From Candidatus Neptunichlamydia sp. (lineage in GTDB: Bacteria; Chlamydiota; Chlamydiia; Chlamydiales; Simkaniaceae): 64,000 nucleotides of DNA. Position numbers and translations under genes: made by a program. The stretch's first letter is position 1. Every line of letters begins with the position of its first letter. Location: the NCBI GenBank assembly GCA_965233865.1, contig OZ247587.1, forward strand, positions 512,001-576,000. The letters are read 5' to 3'. The notes under the pieces were generated by a model. It ran no database searches, was not told the DNA's origin, and worked only from the letters and a program-made list of their open reading frames with translations. Positions 40,125 through 50,115 of this stretch are shown here, piece after piece.

Positions 40125-41603
40125 ATGAAATATATTTTATCTTTAGATCAAGGAACAACAAGCTCAAGAGCCCTTGTGGTAACGCAAGAAGGGGCGATCA
40201 TTGGTCGAGCTCAAAAAGAATTTCGACAAATCTTCCCAAAACCTGGTTGGGTCGAGCATGACCCAATGGATATCTGGGCAACACAAGCCTCTGTCATGAC
40301 GGAAGCAATGAGCCGCGCACGCCTTACGATGAGGCAAATTGCTTCAATTGGAATCACTAACCAACGTGAAACTACGATTGTTTGGGATAAGAAAACCTCA
40401 ACACCTGTTTACAATGCCATTGTCTGGCAAGATCGACGTACTACTCCCCTATGCAAAAAGCTAAAAAAAGATGGTGTTGAACCCATTTTCAAAAAGAAAA
40501 CAGGACTCCTTCTAGACCCCTATTTTTCAGGAACAAAGATTCGATGGATATTAGACAACGTTGCCGAAGCAAAGGGAAAAGATTTAGCTTTTGGAACAGT
40601 GGATAGCTGGCTTGTTTGGAAAATGACGGAAGGGGCTCAGCATATTACCGATGCCACAAATGCATCCCGAACACTTCTTTATAATATTCATGAAGGAAAA
40701 TGGGATCAAGAGCTTCTCAAAATCCTCGATATTCCTAGAGAAATGCTTCCTGAAGTGAAGAGTTCCAGTGAAATCTATGGTGAGTGTAGTAAAGACGTTT
40801 GTTCGACAACTATCCCCATTGGAGGGATAGCGGGAGACCAACAAGCCGCCCTTTTTGGTCAATCTTGCTTTGAAAAAGGGATGGGGAAAATTACCTATGG
40901 CACAGGATGTTTTATCCTCATAAATACAGGGAAAGTAGCTCCACCTCCCAGCGAACATCTTCTAACTACAATTGCATACCAATTAAACGATGAGGTCCAC
41001 TATGCTTTAGAAGGAAGCGTTTTTATTGGTGGAGCTGTGGTGCAATGGCTCCGTGATTCACTGGGTATTATTGCCCGATCTGAAGACGTAGAATCTCTTG
41101 CAAAAGGTGTTTCGTCCACCGAAGGGGTTGTCTTTGTTCCTGCCCTTGCTGGCCTAGGTGCACCTCACTGGGATCCTCAAGCTCGAGGGGTAATTCTGGG
41201 AATCACCCGAGGAACAACAAATGCTCATATTGCAAGAGCTGCTCTTGAAGGAATCGGATTCCGAGTTTCTGATATCTTAGAAGTCATCGAAGAAAGTGTG
41301 GCAGTCTCAGAACTCCGCGTTGATGGGGGAGCCGTTTCTGATGACCTCTTAATGCAACTCCAATCCAACCTTACAGACCTTCCTCTCATCCATCCTCAAT
41401 TTAAAGAACTAACAGCCCTTGGCGCTGCCTTTTTGGCAGGACTCAGCGTTGGCTATTGGAAAGATCTAAAAGAGTTAAAAGGTCTTTGGAAAGAAGACTG
41501 TCGCTTTGATCCCGATCTTTCTGAAAGGGATAGAGTCAAAGAGAAGAAAAAATGGAAGCATGCAATTGAGTGCACAAAAATGTGGGGGAAGATCTATGAG
41601 TGA
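40125..41603 (+). CDS. glpK: glycerol kinase
   Basis: DQGTTSSR, TNQRETT, WQDRRT, GDQQAAL, TYGTG. Confidence 0.97.
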   Translation: MKYILSLDQGTTSSRALVVTQEGAIIGRAQKEFRQIFPKPGWVEHDPMDIWATQASVMTEAMSRARLTMRQIASIGITNQRETTIVWDKKTSTPVYNAIVWQDRRTTPLCKKLKKDGVEPIFKKKTGLLLDPYFSGTKIRWILDNVAEAKGKDLAFGTVDSWLVWKMTEGAQHITDATNASRTLLYNIHEGKWDQELLKILDIPREMLPEVKSSSEIYGECSKDVCSTTIPIGGIAGDQQAALFGQSCFEKGMGKITYGTGCFILINTGKVAPPPSEHLLTTIAYQLNDEVHYALEGSVFIGGAVVQWLRDSLGIIARSEDVESLAKGVSSTEGVVFVPALAGLGAPHWDPQARGVILGITRGTTNAHIARAALEGIGFRVSDILEVIEESVAVSELRVDGGAVSDDLLMQLQSNLTDLPLIHPQFKELTALGAAFLAGLSVGYWKDLKELKGLWKEDCRFDPDLSERDRVKEKKKWKHAIECTKMWGKIYE

Positions 41604-41642
41604 TACCGATAACTTTAACCACGCAGATTTAGAGGTAAATGA

Positions 41643-43190
41643 GTGAAACGGGACAAGATGATTCAAAGGCTTGGAGAAAAGTGGGATGTCCTTATTATTG
41701 GAGGAGGAGCTACCGGGCTCGGTGCCGCAGTCGATGCCAGCTCCCGAGGCCTTAAAACTCTTCTTGTGGAGCAGTCCGATTTTGCTAAAGCTACCTCAAG
41801 TCGAAGCACTAAACTCATCCATGGTGGCCTTCGTTATCTCCAACAAGGAAACCTTGCCCTTGTCTTGGAGGCACTGCGGGAACGAGGGCGCCTATGCCAA
41901 AATGCTCCTCACCTCATCTATCATCGTGCTTTCTTTGTTCCAAGTTATCATTGGTGGCAAGGTCCATTTTATGGGGCTGGCCTCAAGATTTACGACATGC
42001 TAGCAGGAAAACTTGGGCTAGAGCCTTCACGTCATCTTTCTAAAGAAGAAACGCTCGATGCTCTCCCTAACATTGAATCAGACGATCTTTATGGTGGAAC
42101 CATTTATTATGATGGACAGTTTGATGATTCCCGCCTCGCAATTGCCCTTGCCCTAACTGCCGCTGATCATGAAGGGGCTCTTATCAACTATATGAAAGTG
42201 ACAGGGCTCATCAAAGAGAATAACCATGTTGAAGGAGCTATTCTTCATGATTCAGAAACGGGAGAGATTCATGAAGTTCGCGCAAAAGTAGTAATCAACG
42301 CCACCGGGGCTTTCACAGATGAAGTACGCCGTATGGACGACCCTAGTGTGCAAAAAATTATCCAATCGAGTCAAGGCGTTCATATCGTTTTAGATAGCTC
42401 ATTTTTAGAAAGTGAAACGGCAATTATGATTCCTCATACAGCAGACGGAAGAGTCCTCTTTATGGTTCCTTGGCTGGGAAAGATTCTCGTCGGCACCACA
42501 GATACTCCCGTCAAAAATTCTTCCCTAGAGCCGAAACCTCTCAAAGAAGAAATTTCTTTTATCCTCAAAGAAGCAGGAAAATACCTCGCAAAACCTCCCA
42601 AACATAGCGATATTCTCAGCACCTTTGCTGGGCTTCGCCCTCTAATTGCAGCTGAAGGAAGAAAAGAGACCGCAACCCTCTCCCGTGACCATTCTATTCT
42701 AGTCTCAAATGCTGGCCTCATTACCATCGCTGGAGGTAAGTGGACCACCTACCGAAAGATGGCTGAAGATGTTATCGACAAAACCCTCCTTGTTGGGGGC
42801 TTTGAAGAACGCGCCTGCAAAACAAGAACACTCAAACTCCACGCATTTCTAGAAGACGCAGACCCCCTTAACCCTTGGAGCACATATGGCAGCGATAAAG
42901 AAAGAATCGACAAAATCATTAAAGAGGACCCTAGCCTCGATCAATTCCTTCATTCTAAGCTTCCTTACTTAAAGGGAGAAGTAATTTGGCATGTTCGAGA
43001 AGAAATGGCCCGCACTGTTGAAGATGTGCTATCCCGCCGCACCCGCTCTCTGCTTCTTGATGCCAAACTGGCTGTTAAAGTGGCACCCCTTGTTGCCTCC
43101 CTAATAGCCCAGGAGCTTGGTCTTCCAAAAACGTGGGAAAATACGCAAGTCGCATCCTTTAAAGAGCTAGCTTCAAACTATATTATCTAG
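41643..43190 (+). CDS. glpD: FAD-dependent glycerol-3-phosphate dehydrogenase
   Basis: GGGATG, TSSRSTKLIHGGLRYL, DGQFDD, GLRPL, GGKWTTYR. Confidence 0.96.
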   Translation: MKRDKMIQRLGEKWDVLIIGGGATGLGAAVDASSRGLKTLLVEQSDFAKATSSRSTKLIHGGLRYLQQGNLALVLEALRERGRLCQNAPHLIYHRAFFVPSYHWWQGPFYGAGLKIYDMLAGKLGLEPSRHLSKEETLDALPNIESDDLYGGTIYYDGQFDDSRLAIALALTAADHEGALINYMKVTGLIKENNHVEGAILHDSETGEIHEVRAKVVINATGAFTDEVRRMDDPSVQKIIQSSQGVHIVLDSSFLESETAIMIPHTADGRVLFMVPWLGKILVGTTDTPVKNSSLEPKPLKEEISFILKEAGKYLAKPPKHSDILSTFAGLRPLIAAEGRKETATLSRDHSILVSNAGLITIAGGKWTTYRKMAEDVIDKTLLVGGFEERACKTRTLKLHAFLEDADPLNPWSTYGSDKERIDKIIKEDPSLDQFLHSKLPYLKGEVIWHVREEMARTVEDVLSRRTRSLLLDAKLAVKVAPLVASLIAQELGLPKTWENTQVASFKELASNYII

Positions 43191-43276
43191 GCCACAATCT
43201 AGTATCAAAGAGCTGTCGTAAATACGCTTCTTTCTTCTTTTGAAATTGAAGGGGTTGGCAGAGAGGGCGAGTCCTT

Positions 43277-43315
43277 AAAAAAGATTGCTACCCCCAAAAG
43301 GGGACAGCAATCTTT
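43277..43315 (-). terminator. intrinsic terminator hairpin
   Basis: Minus strand AAAGATTGCTGTCCCC-TTTTG-GGGGTAGCAATCTTT running into a T6 tract. Confidence 0.75.
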
Positions 43316-43343
43316 ATGGATTGAGGTATGGTTTGTTGCGTTT

Positions 43344-43412
43344 CTAAAACTGTATGTGGAAGAGGAGTCTGTGATTTTGAATTTTGATGATGTGGGAAAT
43401 GGCCGCTGCCAT
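43344..43412 (-). CDS. putative 22-aa peptide MAAAISHIIKIQNHRLLFHIQF
   Basis: AGGAG SD 6 nt upstream, promoter-like TTGAAT-N17-TAAAGT (43445-43473), terminator downstream. Confidence 0.4.
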   Translation of the reverse strand: MAAAISHIIKIQNHRLLFHIQF

Positions 43413-43674
43413 TTTTACTCCTGCCTTAGAAAAGATTTACACGAACTTTATACTGTGCGCTAAATTTATTCAAACTTTTTATGAAACCTTTGAGATTCCC
43501 ATCGATAAAAGCCCCAAAATACAAGCAATAAGCATGAAGAAAAGAAGCGACGAAATGTTTTTCTGTTTTTAAATTCACGCCAACAACTTATAGCTAGTTT
43601 CTTTTTACCATTCATACTTTATTTGATTGTATTCTCATACGGGTATTGTAGGTATATTGTCCTGTACTAAGCCA

Positions 43675-44349
43675 TTAGATATTAGATAAGAACACTGCCG
43701 TTGCTTGTGAAACATTGAGGGAATCAATCGATCCTTGCATTGGAATCATCACGTGGAAATCTGAATTTTTTGAAAGCAAAGGCTGTATTCCACTTCCTTC
43801 AGCCCCCATGATTAACAAGGTTTGACTCGGAAATTCAAAAGAAGAAAGACAGTGCGCTCCAGGGGCCACTTCCGCTGCTACCGAGAAATAGCCTCCTGTT
43901 TGGAATTTCTTCAAAGTATCGGCTAAGTTCGATACTGGCATCAAAGGAACGATTTCAGAAGCGCCCACACTTGCTTTACTCACCACAGGGGTCAGAGCTA
44001 CGTTGCGGTTCTTAGAGTAGATCACAGCGTCTACACCAAAACATTCAGCAGCACGGAGGATCGCTCCAAAATTCTGCGGATCATTGATCGAGTCAACCAT
44101 CAAAACAACGCCCTTCTCAGGCGCAGTTTTTAGAAACTCTTTAGGGACTAGAAACTCCCTTTCCTTCACTTCTGCAATGATTCCTTGGTGCGATTCTGAA
44201 CCTGCCATCGCACTAAGCTTCTGCTTTGAAACAACAGTCACGTCGATTCCTAGATGATTCTTTTTTTTATGAGCATAGACTCTAATTAGTCGTTCAGGGT
44301 TTCTCTTTGCCACCTCTTCAATGGCATGTTTCCCCATAATCACTCTCAT
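43675..44349 (-). CDS. rlmB: 23S rRNA 2'-O-methyltransferase (TrmH/RlmB family)
   Basis: HQG, DPQNFGAILRAA, GAEGSG, IPMQG.IDSLNVS. Confidence 0.92.
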   Translation of the reverse strand: MRVIMGKHAIEEVAKRNPERLIRVYAHKKKNHLGIDVTVVSKQKLSAMAGSESHQGIIAEVKEREFLVPKEFLKTAPEKGVVLMVDSINDPQNFGAILRAAECFGVDAVIYSKNRNVALTPVVSKASVGASEIVPLMPVSNLADTLKKFQTGGYFSVAAEVAPGAHCLSSFEFPSQTLLIMGAEGSGIQPLLSKNSDFHVMIPMQGSIDSLNVSQATAVFLSNI

Positions 44350-44765
44350 TGCTTAAACTCACTTTCAATAATAATATTTTTCTTCTGCCCCGAAATCGAG
44401 TAGCGTGTCAAAAATTTATTAGGGTTAACCCAATTCCACTGGAGGAAATATGAATCGCTTTTGCACTTAGCAAGCCCTTTGAGTTCTCCATCAATAATAG
44501 GGAGCCTCATAAAAAGACGCTCATCTTCTTCTTGATAAAAGAAAATCAACACCTGCTCTAGCGTAAAGTGATATCGGTAAAATTTTGTGGCAAACAAGAA
44601 TTCTTCGTGCTGCGTTTCATGACACATTTGTTCCTGGTATAGGAGCTGGTTTTCTTCATAAATATCGAAGAATCCACTCCCCCACATTCTCCCTTTAGAT
44701 GTCCCATCAAAGGCTGAAATGTTCCTCTGTATCCTCCACTTTCCAATCAAATCTTCTTTCTTCAT
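44346..44765 (-). CDS. DUF6314-like beta-rich hypothetical protein
   Basis: GKWRIQRNI...Y.EQ...Y.Y...RLF...C..D.Y pattern. Confidence 0.6.
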   Translation of the reverse strand: MKKEDLIGKWRIQRNISAFDGTSKGRMWGSGFFDIYEENQLLYQEQMCHETQHEEFLFATKFYRYHFTLEQVLIFFYQEEDERLFMRLPIIDGELKGLAKCKSDSYFLQWNWVNPNKFLTRYSISGQKKNIIIESEFKQ

Positions 44766-44872
44766 ATGAAGAGTATAACATCTTTTAGAGGTATAATGGA
44801 AGTTTGATTTGTTGCTAAATAAAAAATTAGATATAAGAGTGTAGATCTAAATTTTAACCCCAAGGCACCTCT

Positions 44873-45055
44873 ATGGAAGTCCTCGTTGTAGTCTCTAAAG
44901 TCAAAAAAATGATTAAGGAAAAATCTGGAATGAACACCTCTTCATCTTCAATGGAGGCTCTAACCCAAATTATTCACAGCGCATGTGAAAAAGCGGTAAG
45001 CAATGCTCAAGCTGACGGGAGAAAAACTGTCATGGATCGCGACTTTGAAGTTTAG
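44873..45055 (+). CDS. bacterial histone-fold protein (Bd0055-like)
   Basis: EVLVVVSKVKKMIKEK.GMNTS...A..NA.ADGRKTVMDRDF: alpha1-L1-alpha2-L2 (RKTV..RD) with truncated alpha3. Confidence 0.9.
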   Translation: MEVLVVVSKVKKMIKEKSGMNTSSSSMEALTQIIHSACEKAVSNAQADGRKTVMDRDFEV

Positions 45056-45327
45056 GATTTTATTTCTCTTATGTTTTTAAGCCCCTTCTTTTTGCTTCCT
45101 CAATTGCAGGAGCTTCAGGGGGCTACAAAAATGAGGAAGCTTTAATCATTTGCCAATAATAGCTACTACAAAGCTCTCTCTCACCTTAAAATGCTTAAGA
45201 AAGGGCCTTAGCTCTCTGCATGGTTTGACAACCCGCACCACCTTCAACTTTTAAAAACAGAAAACACTGGTAAAATAATTTTTAATCAGAAATAGTTCGA
45301 ATAAAGACTAATTATATGGTGCTATGT

Positions 45328-46104
45328 ATGAAAAAGGCTCTCATTATTATTTTCGGAATTATTGTTGTTTTAATTCTTGGAGGGATCCTTGTTTGGAATA
45401 TGCTTCCTACAATTGTTTCTCACAAATTATCAAAACAAGCAGGGGTATCTGTTACGATTGGAGGCATTCAAGTTAGCCCATCTACCGTTCGAGTTGACTC
45501 AATTCGTGTGGGAAATCCATCCGAATATAAAAAGACATCTCGTGCTCTTTCAGTAAAAGAATTGGGGATCAATGTTCCACTTACTCGATTCTTTGATGAT
45601 AATATAGTGATTGATGAAATGACAATAGATGATGTTTATGTGGGCCTAGAATTTGATTCTCCCAAAAGTAAGAATGGGAACTGGACAATAATCATGGATA
45701 ATATAAGCAAGTCTGCTAGTGACGAAAAAGATAAGGCAAAGAAAGCAGGAAAATCAACCTCAGTTCTTATTAAAAAGCTAATTATTACAGATCTTAAGAT
45801 TGAGCTTGCCTATAAAACTGGTGGGAAACTCACCCAAAAGCTGCGACCTATTGGTTGGATTGAGCTGACAAATATTAGTAGCGAAGGCGGTATTCCTACC
45901 TCGCAAATCATGAATATCGTTATGCAAGAAACGCTTCGCAATATCTTCAGCACAGAGGGACTTCAAAATATGCTTGAAGGTGTTCTAGATCCAAGCGGTT
46001 CGGGAGAAGGTGTTATGGACTCCATAAAAGGACTCTTCTCTGATGTTATCCTTCTAGATAATGATTGGAAAGATTATGAAGTGGAGTTTGAAGAGGCTCA
46101 ATGA
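45328..46104 (+). CDS. AsmA-like membrane-anchored protein
   Basis: N-terminal TM, GVSVTIG, NP, IVIDEMTIDD..NW. Confidence 0.7.
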   Translation: MKKALIIIFGIIVVLILGGILVWNMLPTIVSHKLSKQAGVSVTIGGIQVSPSTVRVDSIRVGNPSEYKKTSRALSVKELGINVPLTRFFDDNIVIDEMTIDDVYVGLEFDSPKSKNGNWTIIMDNISKSASDEKDKAKKAGKSTSVLIKKLIITDLKIELAYKTGGKLTQKLRPIGWIELTNISSEGGIPTSQIMNIVMQETLRNIFSTEGLQNMLEGVLDPSGSGEGVMDSIKGLFSDVILLDNDWKDYEVEFEEAQ

Positions 46105-46685
46105 GAGAAATATATATCATCCGTCATGGGGAAACGGAGTGGGCTCGAGATGGGAAACATACGGGCCTAACCGATATTCCTATTACAGACGTGGGAGAAT
46201 ACCAGGCTGCTTCTTTAGGGAGGCGCATAGAATCTATTAAGTTTAACCATATTTTTTCGAGTCCTCTTAGACGAGCACTTGACACCTGCAAAATCTGCGG
46301 ATTTGATCCACAAATTGACAAAGACCTTGTAGAAGTAGATTATGGTGCTTACGAAGGGATGACTTCCAAGGAAATTCATGAAACAAACCCAAAGTGGAAT
46401 ATCTTTACTCATGGTGCCCCAAATGGGGAATCTATTGAAGCACTCCTAGCTCGTGTAAATAAATTCATAAAAAAAGTAGAGGGATTAGAAGGAAAAATCG
46501 CCGTCTTTACTAGTGGTCATTTTTTACGTACCTTTGTCACCCAATGGCTTGAACTTCCGATAGATAGTTCAAGACGTTTTTCTCTTGCCACAGCATCACT
46601 TTCTATTTTAGGATATGAACATACTAAACAAGCTTTAAAACTTTGGAACGACATATCTCATTATAGTAGAAAAAGCACAGGATAA
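46101..46685 (+). CDS. histidine phosphatase (phosphoglycerate mutase family)
   Basis: RHGETEW, SSPLRRA, E.DYG.YEG, GES; second His position reads TSGH. Confidence 0.9.
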   Translation: MREIYIIRHGETEWARDGKHTGLTDIPITDVGEYQAASLGRRIESIKFNHIFSSPLRRALDTCKICGFDPQIDKDLVEVDYGAYEGMTSKEIHETNPKWNIFTHGAPNGESIEALLARVNKFIKKVEGLEGKIAVFTSGHFLRTFVTQWLELPIDSSRRFSLATASLSILGYEHTKQALKLWNDISHYSRKSTG

Positions 46686-46778
46686 AGTGGTTCACTTTCC
46701 TCTTTCAACTCCTTTTCACATCCTTCTTGAAGAGATTACCAACGAACTAGATAGCGTCTCTAAAGGATCGGTTTAAGT

Positions 46779-47750
46779 CTAAGTTCTGGCGATTTGCTTC
46801 AGACGATTGAGAAGAAGGATATTTTGCTTCAATTTTGGAGTGCATAAGACAAGCACCTCTGCATAACCATCACGCTCAGCAACACGGAGTCCTTCGTATA
46901 GATTAGTAGGCTTTAACTGAAAGTGAACTTCATCATTTACAAAAGACGGTTCATCGCTCATAATCAACCGCTTGCTTCTTGAACTGAGTTTAAGATAAAT
47001 CTTCATCTCTTCCCATGAAGAGAAAAGGCGAACAGCACTGCGCATTTTGGTGAGATTTGAGTTTCCATTCAAAACCAAAGCCAAAGGATGAATCACTACC
47101 TTTCTATTGAGTACCCGTTCAATTTCTCTCTGAGGAGTCACACCAAAACGATACAGAGTTGGGCGCGCTGGGTCTTCTAAAGAGATTAAAGTTGATTCCA
47201 TTCCAAACTTTGCTTCCCCACCATCTACCAAACCTTCAATTTTCCCATTAAAGTCCTCAAGAACATGGCTTGCTTTGGTAGGACTTGGTTTATTCGACTG
47301 GTTAGCAGAGGGAACAGCAAGGGGGCAACCTGTCAGTTCAATCAGTCGGCGGGCAATAGGGTCCGAAGAAATTCGAACCGCAATAGTCTCTTTTCCTCCA
47401 GTAATAAGAGAAGATAAGTTCGGGCTTTTTTTCAAGATGAGAGTGAGTGGACCGGGAAGAAACTCCTTAGCAAGAGCCTGAGCCTCCGGTGGGATATCTG
47501 CTGCAACAAACTGGAGTTGACTAAAGTTAGCAATATGGATCGGAAGTGAGCAATCTTCAGAACGTTCCTTAACTTGATAAAGCTTCTTTAAAGCTCTTTC
47601 ATTCAAGATTGTTGCTCCGAGCCCATAAACAGTTTCAGTAGGAAATGCGACAAGCCCCCCCTGCTGCAACTTTCGTGCTGCACTCTCAAGCTGAGCCGAA
47701 GAACATTCAAGATCTTCGCGATTTACCGGTCCAAAGTATTCGGTGTACAT
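46779..47750 (-). CDS. tsaC: threonylcarbamoyl-AMP synthase (Sua5/TsaC family)
   Basis: AFPTETVYGLG, PGPLTL, PSAN.S, EST. Confidence 0.9.
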   Translation of the reverse strand: MYTEYFGPVNREDLECSSAQLESAARKLQQGGLVAFPTETVYGLGATILNERALKKLYQVKERSEDCSLPIHIANFSQLQFVAADIPPEAQALAKEFLPGPLTLILKKSPNLSSLITGGKETIAVRISSDPIARRLIELTGCPLAVPSANQSNKPSPTKASHVLEDFNGKIEGLVDGGEAKFGMESTLISLEDPARPTLYRFGVTPQREIERVLNRKVVIHPLALVLNGNSNLTKMRSAVRLFSSWEEMKIYLKLSSRSKRLIMSDEPSFVNDEVHFQLKPTNLYEGLRVAERDGYAEVLVLCTPKLKQNILLLNRLKQIART

Positions 47751-47870
47751 GTGTTCCCATTTATTAACAATTTAGTCAAAGCATTATTACCACTTTACAA
47801 ATTAAATACAACCCCTGATCAATTTTATACTTTTTCTTGCAATTTCCAAAAAAATGGTTACAATGGTGGA

Positions 47871-48233
47871 ATGGAAAAGCAAGCATTAAAAAAAATTGGA
47901 TTGGTTACCCTCATTTATGCGCTCTTCGTCTTCTTAGGAGGTGTTATGGGCTTTGCAATGAAGCAAAGCATGCCATCTTTAGTAATGGGTAGCCTATTTG
48001 GCCTATCACTTCTCTATTTAAGTATTAAAATTATGACTTTTCATCGCTGGGGATTAATGACTGCAATCGTGCTAATTCTTCTTCTTGATGCATTCTTTTC
48101 GTATCGTTTTGTCATTACTCAAACCCTTTTCCCAGCTGGAGTGATGCTACTTCTCACAACCGCAACCCTTCTCATTCTGATGTTTATTCTCAAGAAATTA
48201 AGACCTATAGCCAAAAGTCGTAAGCAGATATGA
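47871..48233 (+). CDS. TMEM14/FAX-family small membrane protein
   Basis: YALFVFLGGVMGF..K.SMPSL..G, RF....LFPAG. Confidence 0.8.
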   Translation: MEKQALKKIGLVTLIYALFVFLGGVMGFAMKQSMPSLVMGSLFGLSLLYLSIKIMTFHRWGLMTAIVLILLLDAFFSYRFVITQTLFPAGVMLLLTTATLLILMFILKKLRPIAKSRKQI

Positions 48234-48543
48234 GCGTCTCCTTTGTTTAAAATAGCTTCTTATTTTTTGATTGCGGACCAACAGGATTTTTAAACTGACA
48301 GGTAAGGGTTCCAGAATTACACGCGAGTTTTGCAGCAACCTTGATAGAAAGTAAACCGAATCATCGATTCCATCTAACTTCCTCCAAAAAAAAACCGATC
48401 AAAAATTAAATTAAACTTTTATTAATATCGATTTTATTACATTTAAAATAATGATTATTATACTGTTGAAAAACAATGATTTACCAATATTTATGTATAT
48501 GTTATAATAAATTACTTAAAAAGTAATAATTAGGTAGTAAATA

Positions 48544-50115
48544 ATGAAAACTAACATTTCGGTAGATGGCTTAAACCATAGATCTATCTTAGTTCCTCAT
48601 TTTATCCCCACCGAAGGAATGGACACCTCTACCCACAAAAACTACCTCAAAGTTGCAGATGCTTTTCGTCATCATGTGACTGATCCAGAAAAAATTACAC
48701 CCTATGAGGTCGCTGGATTTCCTAACTACCCTGGAAGCTCAAACCTTTTGTATTTACCAGTCGATGCCTATCACACTCTTCGATCATTAGCCCACTCAAT
48801 TGGGCATGGTGACACTGAGGAAATTTGTGATGCCTCGACCCGACTATTAGGAATGCCCGCAAACTTTGTCAGCGCAATCGGATTTCTAATGGGTTACGGG
48901 ATTGAATTTGGAGTCATTCCAAAAACCATTGCTCCATTCCTTCCCTTTGCCTATGGAGCAGGCGTCGCCCTTTGTATCGTTGAAGGAATTGTAGATGCTT
49001 GGTCTTCAAATCGACAGTACAGATTTGAGGACCAATTTGACTTTGACTTTCTCTCAAACCTTCGCTACATGGTGAGTGACTTCGACTCCTCAAAAAGCTC
49101 TGAGGCCATTGAAGATATGGCTGAGTTGGTGAATAAGGACCCTAAAAGTCTTCAGCAACTTTATAAAGAACAGTTTGGAGATGTTAAAAAGCTCTTCAAT
49201 CAAATGAATGAGGAACTTGAAGAAAACCCTTATGATGCAAATCTCATCCTCAAAAAACATGCCTCTCCTCTTGAGGAGATTTCGCGCCTCGCTGTTATGA
49301 AGGACTTAAAGCACTTAGAAAGGCAATATCTGCAGCTTAACCCACAAGAAGTGATTAAAATTCATTCTGATATTCTTCAGCAAAACCAAGAGAAAAATCC
49401 CGAGAAAATTCAAGAGATTACCATGGAGAAGTTGCGAGAAAAATTAGCGATTAAAAAGAAGAACCTTGCACGACGTGTCCGCCCTTGGATGGTTAGTGAA
49501 GCTAGTGAGACAGTTTCCCCTATTCTTAGCGGAGTTGTGCAAAATAATAGTGAAGCTATAAAAGAAGGTCTCCGTCTTGCAGACGATATCCATAGTCAGT
49601 CTAAGAAAAAGAAAATCGTTCATGCCCTAGGAATTATAACCCTTGTATTCGCGGCCGCATCTCTAGTGACAATGTGTGTCACTAGTCCTGCATTTCTCCC
49701 CTTCTTATTGGTTGGGATTGCAACAATTTTTGCCTTAGTTAGGGTATCTGTCTATTCAGGATCTCTCGAACTCCGTGGATGGACTTTTGAACCTAAAAAA
49801 TGCATTCCTGAATTTATTCGAAAAAGGATCTGGGGAGAAGCAAAACCTGAGATAAAGCAGGAAAAATTCCGCCAGAAAGTCGTAAACCCTCTTGATTGTG
49901 AGTACAAAAATGCCCTGCCAAATTGGTCGCTCAACCCAGAGAAAATGGCAGCTAGCCTTCCATCTTCTTCCCCTTCTCAAGGGTTTGTAAAATCCCAGAA
50001 ATCACGCCATGTCGGACATTCAGTCTCTCCATCTCGTTTAGACCCGCTATTGTGGTTCCTCCAGGAGAAGAAACAGCATTCCGAGCTTCACTCATCGCTG
50101 CACCTGTATGTCTAA
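48544..50115 (+). CDS. hypothetical protein with two bilobed hydrophobic regions (Inc/effector-like)
   Basis: Two hydrophobic hairpins flanking a helical/coiled-coil region; AT-rich upstream region. Confidence 0.65.
   Translation: MKTNISVDGLNHRSILVPHFIPTEGMDTSTHKNYLKVADAFRHHVTDPEKITPYEVAGFPNYPGSSNLLYLPVDAYHTLRSLAHSIGHGDTEEICDASTRLLGMPANFVSAIGFLMGYGIEFGVIPKTIAPFLPFAYGAGVALCIVEGIVDAWSSNRQYRFEDQFDFDFLSNLRYMVSDFDSSKSSEAIEDMAELVNKDPKSLQQLYKEQFGDVKKLFNQMNEELEENPYDANLILKKHASPLEEISRLAVMKDLKHLERQYLQLNPQEVIKIHSDILQQNQEKNPEKIQEITMEKLREKLAIKKKNLARRVRPWMVSEASETVSPILSGVVQNNSEAIKEGLRLADDIHSQSKKKKIVHALGIITLVFAAASLVTMCVTSPAFLPFLLVGIATIFALVRVSVYSGSLELRGWTFEPKKCIPEFIRKRIWGEAKPEIKQEKFRQKVVNPLDCEYKNALPNWSLNPEKMAASLPSSSPSQGFVKSQKSRHVGHSVSPSRLDPLLWFLQEKKQHSELHSSLHLYV

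Noticed and set aside
48310..48385. GGAGG + 18-codon minus-strand ORF (MESMIRFTFYQGCCKTRV)
   Set aside because: No terminator or homology evidence; likely remnant or chance
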